Shown here piece after piece: positions 1-9,400 of a DNA stretch of 64,000 nt. Made by a program: the position numbers and the translations under genes. The notes below the pieces were generated by a model. It made no database searches, had not been told where the DNA came from, and saw only the letters and a program-made list of their open reading frames with translations. Each line of letters begins with the position of its first letter. The stretch's first letter is position 1. This stretch comes from Spirochaetaceae bacterium. Lineage in GTDB: Bacteria; Spirochaetota; Spirochaetia; DSM-27196; SKKC01. The stretch is taken from assembly GCA_007128315.1 (NCBI GenBank), contig SKXQ01000086.1, forward strand, positions 13,086-77,085. The letters run 5' to 3'.

Positions 1-1710
1 ACCGGGTCCTGAGATCGTTACAGAAGCCCCGTCCACGGGACTTCCGTCTGACATCCGCTGGGCCCAGACAAGAATCCTGTTACGCGCATACCGGGTAATA
101 AGGCCGATGTCAGTCGACTGGATACGAAGCGTCCCGGAACGTCTCAGTGCGCGCCTGCCCGGTTCCGGCCGCGGCACGACATTCCAGCGAACCTCAACGG
201 CCCCCGACCCCGATGGGTCGAGAAACGGTTCGAGATCCATGACCTCGAGACGGGGAACGTTCGGCTCGGATTCTGACAGGTCCAGCGCCGCATATGGAGG
301 TGCTGACGAAGGGAAAAACGGATGATCGATTGATCCAAGGGCAAAATCGGCCCGATCAAGATTACGATACGAGAACCAGATCCTCGGCGCGAATGACGAC
401 TCCATAATGCGATTACCGGTCTCGGGCATTGTAAAACGCCCGGTGGCCGGTGGCAGATCTGCGGTCACGCGTAGGTCTTCGTCAATGCTCCGTCCGAATC
501 GATCTGCAAGCCCCGATCGTAGTTCAATACGAACGCGCTCCTCGAAGCCTGAAGGCAGGTTCCGGAGACGCACGACGGAACCGGCCACATCAGCATGGTC
601 GCTGACGTCGACCCAGTCGGAACCATTCATCCATATTCGGAACCGAAGGCTCCCGGGTTCGATATCATGAGAAAACTGCAGGTACAGCGTACCCGGTTCA
701 TCCTCCCAGCCACCCGGGAAACGATAGCTTCGCGTCGTCACCTCCTGAAAGGAAAACGGTCTGACCGTTGCAAAGTCGAAAGCCTGCCTCTCGGATGTAC
801 CGACGGTCGATTCGAGAGTACTCCGTGCGCCGGTCTCGAGCGCTATCCGTATCGAAGTCTCCACCGGAGGTGTGTCGTCGAGGTGCAGCTCCAGGTAATA
901 CCGGGAACGCGACGCACCCATCCACGCGGGCATCTCCGGATGCCTGAGCTCGAAATCGCCGGGGTCTTCCCCGACGGTCACGCTGAGATAGTCTTTCACG
1001 ACCTCCGCGGTCACCGGATAGTTAAACTCAAGCGTAAAGATGCGAGCCTCTTCGGGCGGCAGATCATCAGCGTCTCCCCAGACGCGGAACGCCATGCTGC
1101 CGGCGTGAACGCGAAGTAGATCGAGTTCATCATCCTGAAAGACAAACTGAAGAAGCGGATCCGATGAGTCGGATCGATGTAAGACCGAAACCCGGTATTC
1201 GTGCTGCCCTTCAAGATCCCGTGCCGGCTCAAAAAGGAACATTCTGCTGCCAAGCGCCCGCACGACGCCTTCGACTTCGGGTTCAATGCGCAGGAGGCCC
1301 GAGGGGATACCGTTCCCTGAAAGCGCCTGCACGGGCAAGACCGGTCTGTCGAACACGACGTAGACCTGCGGACGTCTCGTCCCGGCAGGGAGGGTGCCGA
1401 CCGGTCCGTAATCGACGACGACGAGATCATCGACATCTTCAAGGAAGTCTGTATCTGCCACGACATCACGTGCCTGACGACCGTAATAGCGCACAGGGGT
1501 ATCAAAACGAACCGATCGAATACCGGGAACGGACGAAAACCCATCGAAATACGACGGGACCCCGGCTTCACGAGCCCGCCGTTCCACTTCGTCGATACGC
1601 GACGAGACATCGCTGGTACCCGAGCGGCACGAGAACAGCACAATCACAATCAGTGTGAGGCAGAATCCGAGCGGATGCCGTGCTACTCGACGGTGATCAT
1701 GATTGCGCAT
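1..1710 (-). CDS. Large lipoprotein, N-terminal 570 codons only (3' end lies beyond the left window edge); MG-domain / alpha-2-macroglobulin-like candidate
   Basis: Absent from the ORF track because no stop lies inside the window. I checked every codon of the minus frame that ends at nt 1 and found no stop from 1710 down to 1. ATG at 1710-1708. Translation begins MRNHDHRRVARHPLGFCLTLIVIVLFSCRSGTSDVSSRIDEVERR (signal peptide plus lipobox LFSC). At the window edge it reads QSTDIGLITRYARNRILVWAQRMSDGSPVDGASVTISGPG, a strand pattern typical of bacterial macroglobulin (MG) domains. It overlaps the stop of the upstream gene by 14 nt. Confidence 0.6.
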   Translation of the reverse strand, partial: MRNHDHRRVARHPLGFCLTLIVIVLFSCRSGTSDVSSRIDEVERRAREAGVPSYFDGFSSVPGIRSVRFDTPVRYYGRQARDVVADTDFLEDVDDLVVVDYGPVGTLPAGTRRPQVYVVFDRPVLPVQALSGNGIPSGLLRIEPEVEGVVRALGSRMFLFEPARDLEGQHEYRVSVLHRSDSSDPLLQFVFQDDELDLLRVHAGSMAFRVWGDADDLPPEEARIFTLEFNYPVTAEVVKDYLSVTVGEDPGDFELRHPEMPAWMGASRSRYYLELHLDDTPPVETSIRIALETGARSTLESTVGTSERQAFDFATVRPFSFQEVTTRSYRFPGGWEDEPGTLYLQFSHDIEPGSLRFRIWMNGSDWVDVSDHADVAGSVVRLRNLPSGFEERVRIELRSGLADRFGRSIDEDLRVTADLPPATGRFTMPETGNRIMESSFAPRIWFSYRNLDRADFALGSIDHPFFPSSAPPYAALDLSESEPNVPRLEVMDLEPFLDPSGSGAVEVRWNVVPRPEPGRRALRRSGTLRIQSTDIGLITRYARNRILVWAQRMSDGSPVDGASVTISGPG

Positions 1711-3541
1711 CGCGAAGAACCCTGGCGCTACCGAGAAGACCACTGTGCTCAGCAAAATCAGCCGGCGTCCAGATTGTTCCCTGCACTCGAATACGATCGT
1801 TCGTACGTGCACCCGCTGCAACGAGACGTTCGATCACCCCAACCGGGTCAAAATCGAACTCCGCCCCAAGGACCAATGCCATTGCGAGAGGGTTCAGGAC
1901 ACGGCCTTCGTAAAACGCGGCGGCGTGTACATCAGCGCCCGCTTCCAGAAAGAGGTCGATCAGCGACAGGTTGATGTCGCCGCGCTCAATCCCGACGATT
2001 ACCGGCAGCGTGAGCGCCGTCACCCGCATCTCTCCGGTCTCGAGAACAATATCCGGTGACGCTCCTTCCGCAAGGAGTAGTTCTATCAGTTCAATGTCAA
2101 CGTTATCGCGGAACAGCCCTGAAAGAACGACCGCTGTAAGAGGAGTAAATGTCGAGGCTTCAATATCGAACCGGGTATCAGCATCAGCACCGGCTCCGAG
2201 AAGCAGTCGGACGATTTCCATGGACGGCATAAAGGACCCGAGAAGCTCCTGCAAAGACGACTCGGCGCCAAAGGCCACTGAAAGTGCGGAATCACCGTCG
2301 GCACTGACCACGTCCGGGTCTCCTCCTTCGCTGATCCACTGTCGGACCGTTTCCGGGTTTCTCCGCCGTAATCCGCGAAACAGCTCATTCCGGCTGATGG
2401 TCGGTTGTCGGCGTTCAAGGACGACCAGGAGTCGCTCATCCAGCTCGGGGGTGAACTCTACTTCCAGTGTCCGGCTATCATACCCCTGCGCCCGAACTTC
2501 AACAGACGCGGTCTCACCGGACTCGAAAAGCCCGGAAAAGATCTGATTCCCGACTGATACGCCATCGAGAAGAATGTCAGCGCCCGGGGGGTCGGTTTCA
2601 ATTGTAAGACGGGCCGGTCCGCTCCGACCGTCGGTCCCGCCATCGCGGACGGGAGGGAGCAGTCGGGTGCTCGACCGGTCAAGAATCTCCGTTCGCTCCG
2701 CCACGGTAATGCTTGAAGTCGACGGTCTGACCTGGGCCATACGTTCGGCAGCGTAACGAAGAACCGTCTGTATGGTCCGAATATCCGCTTCGTCCGGCGC
2801 CGATGCAACGCCGAAGCGTTGAAGCTGCGCTTTCATGTCTTCCAGTATGTCACTCGCGGTACGAACATCCTGAGGGCGCAGGAGCACCATACCGTCGGCA
2901 TCCACAAACACCGAGGTCCGAGAGATCTCGTCGAGAACATCCAGGATCTCTTCAATGTCGGTGACGGCACGAAGTTCATCCGGGTCGACGCTCGACGCGA
3001 GGACTCTCACCCGCCCGGATGCCACCTGCACCGATGTCGACTGCTCGCTGCGCGTAACCCGAAAACTGGTACCTTCGGGTTCGACGATGGCGGCATCGGT
3101 GCGTATCCGTACGGTATGGCCGGTTGCTTCGGGTCTGCGTCTTACGATCGTCGTCCCAGAGCCGAGCATAACGGTCAGGACCGACTCACCGTTTCGTGTG
3201 TGAAGGCGTATCTCAAAATCAGCAGGGCCTTCAACCCGTGCGAGCGCAGCCTCTTCATACTGAATCTGCGCCACCGCACCGTCGGCGAGCTCAACAACGT
3301 CGCCGTCCTGAAACCGCGAACCCGCCGTCAACTCTTCCTGCGACGTCTCGCGATACAGGGTTCCGCGTCCGGTGAGCGAACTCAAGAACAGCTCCGCGTC
3401 ACGGTCCTCCTGAATAACCGTCTGCTGCGGTACCGGATCATCGACGCCGATACGGCATGAAAACAAAGCGAGTACTGCAAGGAGCACGACGGCGAGATAA
3501 ACAGAACCCGGACCTTTCAGCGCACGTTTCACTTTAGACAC
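1697..3541 (-). CDS. Lipoprotein with FecR-like, PEGA and C-terminal ankyrin-repeat regions
   Basis: 614-aa ORF with a GTG start. Signal peptide and lipobox (VLALFSC). FecR-like segment: GSRFQDGDVVELADGAVAQIQYEE...FEIRLH. PEGA-like segment: LTIETDPPGADILLDGVSVGN...VEVRAQGYDSRTLEVEF. Repeated LLxxGADxD / TPLT ankyrin-type motifs in the C-terminal third. Confidence 0.7.
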   Translation of the reverse strand: MSKVKRALKGPGSVYLAVVLLAVLALFSCRIGVDDPVPQQTVIQEDRDAELFLSSLTGRGTLYRETSQEELTAGSRFQDGDVVELADGAVAQIQYEEAALARVEGPADFEIRLHTRNGESVLTVMLGSGTTIVRRRPEATGHTVRIRTDAAIVEPEGTSFRVTRSEQSTSVQVASGRVRVLASSVDPDELRAVTDIEEILDVLDEISRTSVFVDADGMVLLRPQDVRTASDILEDMKAQLQRFGVASAPDEADIRTIQTVLRYAAERMAQVRPSTSSITVAERTEILDRSSTRLLPPVRDGGTDGRSGPARLTIETDPPGADILLDGVSVGNQIFSGLFESGETASVEVRAQGYDSRTLEVEFTPELDERLLVVLERRQPTISRNELFRGLRRRNPETVRQWISEGGDPDVVSADGDSALSVAFGAESSLQELLGSFMPSMEIVRLLLGAGADADTRFDIEASTFTPLTAVVLSGLFRDNVDIELIELLLAEGASPDIVLETGEMRVTALTLPVIVGIERGDINLSLIDLFLEAGADVHAAAFYEGRVLNPLAMALVLGAEFDFDPVGVIERLVAAGARTNDRIRVQGTIWTPADFAEHSGLLGSARVLRDAQS

Positions 3542-3604
3542 CTTGAGTACACAGTATCCCGTGTTGCGCGGTAATTCTACCGCAGGTTCGATGGTTCCGC
3601 GTTA

Positions 3605-4729
3605 TTACCAGACCATTGCCATAATTGCCACGGCGACTGAAAAACCTGCGGTCAATACCCATGCGCTTCGTGACCATCGGTAGATCCGCGCGGCGTTATA
3701 CGCCGAAAACGGGTACATGGGAAGCAGACCGTCGGTCAGCAGGAACCAGGCTCCGGCTCTGCGAATCCACCATACCCACGCCAGAACCTGCGGATCCGAA
3801 AACGTGTTCGAAGCCCAGATCGAAACAAGAGTAGCAGCAGAAACACTCGCGAGCCCGGCAACGGCCATTGTTGCAAGAGGCCCCCGAAACTCCCGTGCAC
3901 TCCAGAATGTCCCCTCGGGATACAGTGCACCGGTTACGGGCATGAGAAAACCAAAGAGTCCGGCTGCTCCGATCGAAAGGAGGAAGCCACTTTCCCACAT
4001 ATGGTACCGAACCGCGATCCCGCGGTATCGGGCAGCCATCCACATTGCGCCCGAACGCAGCAGCAACAGACCTGCCACAACCGCTGCGAGTCGGTATGTC
4101 AAAAGTGGTGACCATTGCGGTGTTTCCAGGAGTCGAAGAAGAAGCAGCATCACAATCGGGATATGCAGCACGAGGGTAGCAAGCAGTTGCAGGACAGGAC
4201 GGGTCGGAAGATTGGTCTGTACCTGACCGGAATCAGCAGGATCTTTCACGAACAGCGCATAGCCGGGATCAAGGATGTGCATTGTATGGCGCATAATTCT
4301 GATGACCCCAGGACCGAATATGGAAAACAGAGCTCCGGGGCCCATGGCTCTGAATCCGGCTGCGGCAAAGAGATTCGTCGAGTTGGTGTTGTCACGATCA
4401 ATGTTCGCTACAATCCGTGTGCACCTGTTCGCCGCGAGTGCATCGAGGGCAGCGTCTCGGAGGTGAGCCGCGACACCGAGACCGGAATAGTCAGGGTCGA
4501 CGAAAATCCAGGAAACGATTCCCGTTCTCCTGTTGTTCCTGCTGTCGACGGTTTTAAGAATCACCGCCCCGCACACACGACCTTCATCGACTGCAACGAG
4601 CGTGTTGGGGGTGACGTGAAAAGATATCCGCACAAAGGGAGAGAAGGCCCGGCGCACGATGCTTCGTATCTGAGGAACATCAGCGGGGTCCAATGCGCGT
4701 ATTTCCGGGGGATTCGTGCTGTTGACCAT
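3605..4729 (-). CDS. GNAT N-acetyltransferase domain fused to a polytopic membrane domain
   Basis: 374 aa. The N-terminal ~160 aa carry a GNAT pattern (IRALDPADVPQIRSIVRRAF...WIFVDPDYSGLGVAAHLRDAALDAL). The C-terminal ~200 aa form several hydrophobic helices (LLATLVLHIPIVMLLLL, AAVVAGLLLL, LLSIGAAGLFGFLMPV, and others). Confidence 0.65.
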   Translation of the reverse strand: MVNSTNPPEIRALDPADVPQIRSIVRRAFSPFVRISFHVTPNTLVAVDEGRVCGAVILKTVDSRNNRRTGIVSWIFVDPDYSGLGVAAHLRDAALDALAANRCTRIVANIDRDNTNSTNLFAAAGFRAMGPGALFSIFGPGVIRIMRHTMHILDPGYALFVKDPADSGQVQTNLPTRPVLQLLATLVLHIPIVMLLLLRLLETPQWSPLLTYRLAAVVAGLLLLRSGAMWMAARYRGIAVRYHMWESGFLLSIGAAGLFGFLMPVTGALYPEGTFWSAREFRGPLATMAVAGLASVSAATLVSIWASNTFSDPQVLAWVWWIRRAGAWFLLTDGLLPMYPFSAYNAARIYRWSRSAWVLTAGFSVAVAIMAMVW

Positions 4730-4783
4730 GCAATGAAGGTAGCGGAATCCGGCGGTCGGAGCAACGCCATGTTGCCCACGCGC

Positions 4784-5482
4784 TCAAAGTGACATGATTG
4801 CGCCGACGACGGCTGGTGCGAGGATACTTGTTGCAATACCGTTCAGGCAGATAGCCAGACTGCCGGCTGCACCTTCGGTCCGCCCGAACTCGAGCGCTCG
4901 CGCGGTACCAATGCCGTGAGACGCGGCACCGAGCGCGTACCCGAAGGCAACCGGATCGGAAACACCGGTAAGCTTTAGCACAGCCGGTCCAATGACCCCT
5001 CCGAGTATGCCGCACATGACCACAAAACTCGCTGCAAGTGACCCGTCGCCGCCCAGTTGCTCCGCAACCGAAATCGCGATCGGAGTCGTGATACTCTTCG
5101 GTGCCATGCTCATGACAACAAGTTCCGGTGCAGCCATGAGGATAACCGGCAGCACTGCCGAAACCAGACCCACCAGACTACCAGCTGCCACACTTATGAG
5201 GAGTGCCGGTGCCTGACTCCGCATCTGCTGAAAGCGCTCATACAGGGGCAAACCCAATGCGACAACCGATGGTCCAAGAAAAAACGAAATGATATCTCCC
5301 CCTCCCCGGTAGGTCTCGTACTCGACATCGAACAGCAGCAGCAGAAAAATGACGCTGGCAATGGCAACGAGTACCGGATGAAAAAGCGGGAAGCGATTCC
5401 GTGCATAGAGCCATTTTCCAGATAAAAAGGCTCCGAGCGAAACGGTAACCCAGAGAATCGGGTTCTCAAACAGAGCGTTCAT
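4784..5482 (-). CDS. lrgB: LrgB/CidB family membrane protein
   Basis: Full-length LrgB pattern (MNALFENPILW...APKSITTPIAISVAEQLGG...GAASHGIGTARA). Start moved to ATG 5482, which is preceded by GGAGG. It overlaps the lrgA stop by 17 nt. Confidence 0.8.
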   Translation of the reverse strand: MNALFENPILWVTVSLGAFLSGKWLYARNRFPLFHPVLVAIASVIFLLLLFDVEYETYRGGGDIISFFLGPSVVALGLPLYERFQQMRSQAPALLISVAAGSLVGLVSAVLPVILMAAPELVVMSMAPKSITTPIAISVAEQLGGDGSLAASFVVMCGILGGVIGPAVLKLTGVSDPVAFGYALGAASHGIGTARALEFGRTEGAAGSLAICLNGIATSILAPAVVGAIMSL

Positions 5483-5852
5483 TCCGCCTCCGCGAACCAA
5501 GAACCTGCTGCAAGCCGCCAACGACGATCAGAACGAGTAGCGTCGACACGACAACCGCGAGCGATATTGACAGCCAGTGAGTTCGAATGAGCTGTATGTG
5601 CACCAGAATGCCTACACCCGGTGGAACAAAGAGAAAGGCCAGGTTGTCAAGCAGCACATTAGATGCTGTCCGGACGTGCTCGGGCTTCAGGACACCCGTG
5701 GCAAGCGCACCGGTCATGAGAAGCATTCCCGTGACGTTACCCGGTAACGGCAGCCCGATACCGCTCAGGACTTCACCTGCAGAGAGAAACAGAAAAAGAT
5801 AGAATATGCCACCAAACATAGTGCCAACAGCGTAACGAGGAGGCCACTTCAT
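5466..5852 (-). CDS. lrgA: LrgA/CidA holin-like membrane protein
   Basis: Small protein with four hydrophobic helices (GLPLPGNVTGMLLMTGAL...FLFVPPGVGIL), directly upstream of lrgB. The start is uncertain. ATG 5852 gives 128 aa and ATG 5819 gives 117 aa, and neither has a clear RBS. The track start at 5960 would overlap the HD gene. Confidence 0.65.
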   Translation of the reverse strand: MKWPPRYAVGTMFGGIFYLFLFLSAGEVLSGIGLPLPGNVTGMLLMTGALATGVLKPEHVRTASNVLLDNLAFLFVPPGVGILVHIQLIRTHWLSISLAVVVSTLLVLIVVGGLQQVLGSRRRNERSV

Positions 5853-6393
5853 GAACAGTACGGAGGCGCTTTTGACGCAGCTGAAATCGACAGTTCGTAC
5901 GGGATGGGTCGAGCACGGTGTTGCAAACCCCGAGTCGGTTGCCGAACACAGCCTCGGCACAGCGCTCCTCTGCCTGTGTTACGGTACCGCCGCAGGCGTC
6001 GATGCGCAGCGAGCGGCGTCCATGGCGGTGATACACGACCTGGCCGAAGCCGTCACTGGTGACCATCCCTGGCGACCGGATGCGAGCCCGGACAGAAAAC
6101 ACGAAGCGGAAGGCGCTGCCATGGCCACCATCGGGAAGCAACTGTATCCGTCTGGAGCGGAAGAGTCGCTCCTTAGAGAACTATTCGACGAGTACACGAA
6201 GGCGCGCAGCGCCGAAGCCCTGTTCGTCAGGGATATGAATCTGATCGATATGGCACTGCAGGCGGCCCGCTATAAGAGCTGTGACAGCGGAGCAGACCTT
6301 TCGGAATTCATCGACAGCAGCCGAGTCCGGCTCGGAACGCCCTTCGGAGTCGCCCTGTTTCGGATGTTTTTCGAAGCACCGAAAACAGGTTGA
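5851..6393 (+). CDS. HD-domain phosphohydrolase (YfbR-like 5'-nucleotidase type)
   Basis: H...HD...D metal-site pattern (SVAEHSLGTALL; MAVIHDLAEAVTGD). GAGGAGG lies 7 nt upstream of ATG 5851. Confidence 0.75.
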   Translation: MNSTEALLTQLKSTVRTGWVEHGVANPESVAEHSLGTALLCLCYGTAAGVDAQRAASMAVIHDLAEAVTGDHPWRPDASPDRKHEAEGAAMATIGKQLYPSGAEESLLRELFDEYTKARSAEALFVRDMNLIDMALQAARYKSCDSGADLSEFIDSSRVRLGTPFGVALFRMFFEAPKTG

Positions 6394-6418
6394 CCCTTGT
6401 ATTACCCACACGTAGCAT
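6390..6418 (+). promoter_or_regulatory. Candidate sigma70-type promoter of the carboxylase gene (TTGACC-17 nt-TAGCAT)
   Basis: TTGACC at 6390-6395 overlaps the HD gene stop. A 17-nt spacer follows, then TAGCAT at 6413-6418. Sequence match only. Confidence 0.35.
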
Positions 6419-6423
6419 ATGGA

Positions 6424-6442
6424 AATCGGTCGCTGACCGATT
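6424..6442. promoter_or_regulatory. Perfect 8-bp inverted repeat (AATCGGTC-gct-GACCGATT) between the candidate promoter and the RBS of the carboxylase gene
   Basis: Read directly at 6424-6431 and 6435-6442. It lies between the putative -10 (6413-6418) and the GGAAGGAG RBS (6449-6456). It could be an operator or a 5'-UTR hairpin. Confidence 0.4.
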
Positions 6443-6462
6443 AGTCCGGGAAGGAGCAGATT

Positions 6463-9400
6463 TTGAAAAGACGTACGATGAGCAGGGACGCGCGGAGAGG
6501 TATCGTAAACCGCGGCGAACCCGCAATGCGCTTTATCCGATCGGTAAAAGAATACAACGCTGAACATGGAACAGAACTGAGCACTGTCGCATTTTTCGTG
6601 GCTGAAGAAGGCGAAGCGCTGTTTACGAAGGAAGCGGACTACGCCGTCCCGTTCTCCGACGTCCCGGCAGGCGAATCAAAGGCGGCGACCCCATATCTGA
6701 ATCATGAGCAACTGCTCGCCGGGCTCCAGCAGGCCTCGTGCTCCGCCGTTTGGCCCGGCTGGGGGTTTGTCAGCGAAGATGCGGATTTCGTCGCCCGGGT
6801 CGAAGAAGCAGGCATTGTTTTTCTGGGCCCGGATTCCGGGCCCATGGCTGCACTTGGTGACAAGATACAGGCCAAAGAGCTCGCCGAACAGAGCAATGTG
6901 CCCGTTCTACCCTGGAGTAACGGCCCGGTGCGTTCCATAGAAGAAGCACAGGCCATGGCGGAAAAAATCGGATACCCGTGCATCCTGAAAGCTGCAAATG
7001 CAGGAGGAGGAAGGGGAATACGCTTCGTCATGGAACCCGACGAGCTGCTGTCGCAGTTTACGTCGGCCCGGGACGAAACTATAAGGATCACCGGCAACGA
7101 TATACTGTTCATGGAGCGTCTGGTCGTACACGGACGTCATCTCGAGGTTCAGTGCCTCGCAGACACACACGGTACTGTTGCTACCTTTGGTGTTCGCGAC
7201 TGTTCGGTACAGCGCAAGAATCAGAAGATTATAGAAGAAACCCCACCACCAGACGTCAGGGACGATCTCGTACCTGAAATGGAAGCCGCCGCGGCACGCC
7301 TTCTGGAGACAGCCGGATATACCGGAGCGGGGACCGTTGAGTTTCTGTACGACCTTGATCGTGCCGAGTACTACTTCATGGAGGTGAACACGCGACTCCA
7401 GGTGGAACATTGTGTTACCGAGGAGTTGTACGGCATAGACCTGGTAAAAGGACAGATCGATGTCGGACTCGGTAACCGCATAACACCCCGCACACAGGAG
7501 CCAGTGGGACACGTCATGGAAGTCCGGCTTAACGCCGAGGATCCGGACCGGGAGTTCACCCCCGCTCCGGGTTACGTATCTACTTTCAAACCCCCTGCCG
7601 GTCCCGGCATTCGCGTCGACTCCGGCGTCGAACAGGGCTCAACGATTCCGGCGGTTTTTGATTCGATGATCGCGAAGATCATAGCAAAGGGACCAAACCG
7701 TCAGGCGGCTATCGCTCGTTTAGAGCGGGCGTTGCGAGAGCTCCGCGTCCGCATCGAAAACGGTACAACCAACCGAAGTTTTCTGCTTGCCCTCCTCGCG
7801 AACGAGCAGGTCCGGACGGGTAAAGTACACACGCGATGTGTGGAACAGATGCTCGCCGAACGACGCGTTGCTACCGGGGGACCCGATGCCCGGTACGCGA
7901 TTTTCGCCTGTGCTGTCGAGAACTACCTCAGCGAATGCGAAGAAGATCTCGCGAACTTCAATCAGCAACTCTCAACGGCAGGAAATCCCAGAGATGTCAG
8001 AGGCGGTGAAGGCAAGACATGTTCGCTGAAGTATCGCGACTATCCCTACGAACTCCTCGTCAAATCGGTCGGTGAGAACGAGTTTCACATAGAAACTGAA
8101 GGCTCGGTGCATCGCATCACCTACCTGAAGCGCGATCACGAGGCCCTGCTGCTCGCAGGACCTCGACGGCTGAACGTGCAGACCGTCGAGCGCGGCGACA
8201 GCATACAGTGCGAGATTGACGGACATCCGTACGTGCTCGAAGTCGAGTCATCCGGTGCGGTAAAGGCTCCGTCGCCATCCATTGTGCTTTCCGTTCCCAC
8301 CACGGTCGGTCAGTCGGTTGCAAAAGGTGACGTGATCCTCAGCCTTGAAGCAATGAAAATGGAGATGATCGTAGAAGCACCGGAGTCAGGTGTGATTCGC
8401 GAGATACTCGTGAAACCCGGGGAGCAGGTTGCAGCCGGACAGGTCCTGATACAACTGGAAGCTGAAGGCGCTTCGGAATCATCTGTTTCAAGCGCCGAAC
8501 CGATACTGTTCGACGGACCGACGGTGATCGAAGAGGACGATCGCGTCCTCCGGGAGTTTCAGAGCCTGTTCCTCGGCTACGACTACAGTTTTGACGTATC
8601 AAAAAAAGGCCCGGCTCTTCTCCGTACTTCTGTTTCCGGATCTGAGCGAAACGTGCATGCCGACCGCATCATCGAAGCAATGGAAGCATTCGTGGCCGTT
8701 GGCGTGCTGTTCGGCGACCGAAAGGGAATGGCCGAAGGCTTCGCGCGACCGGCTCCGTATTCCGAGCTTCTGATTCATTACTACAAACGCCACCTGGACC
8801 GGGAACGCGGGATGCCTCAGGACTTTCTCGACAGTCTGAACCGCGCCCTGAAGCATTACGTTCGTGACGAGTTCGGCGGTCTCGACAAAGAGCGAAGCAT
8901 CCTGCTGAGAATGTTCCGTTCGCACGCAATCCGTGAGGTGAAGCAGCAGGTTCTCCGGGAAACGCTGTTCGTACTGGAAGAAGCCGGCCTTCCATCCGCC
9001 TCACCGCATAACCCCGGTGATCTGCTCGATGAAATAGCCCTGCTCTGCGGTGTTCAGGCGCGCGCCCTTGCCGACGCGGCGATCCATGCACGGTACCAGT
9101 TGATCGACCGGCAGTTTCTGCAGTCCTTGAAGGAAGAACGCTACGAGCAGATCAGCAGAGCGGTAGACCTCATTCATCGTGCGGGTGACCGACAGGGTGT
9201 CATTGATGGCATCATGGCCCGTATTATCGACAGCGGACACAATATCAACGCCGAACTCGTTCGCACGGTTATCGATGAGTCCGATGCGTCTCGTGCCATC
9301 GTTATGGAGATGCTTGCGCGACGCTTCAATCGAGACCGGAACATCCGGTCAGTCTCGACGCTGTCCTGTGATGTTTCCGGTGTCTCGCAGTGTGCCGTGG

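Noticed and set aside
595-1658. Track ORFs 595..1119 (+), 1011..1643 (-) and 1164..1658 (+)
   Set aside because: All lie inside the 1..1710 minus-strand frame, which is open for 570 codons and encodes a credible lipoprotein. Their translations are Arg/Ser/Cys/Pro-rich with no motifs, as expected for off-frame shadows.
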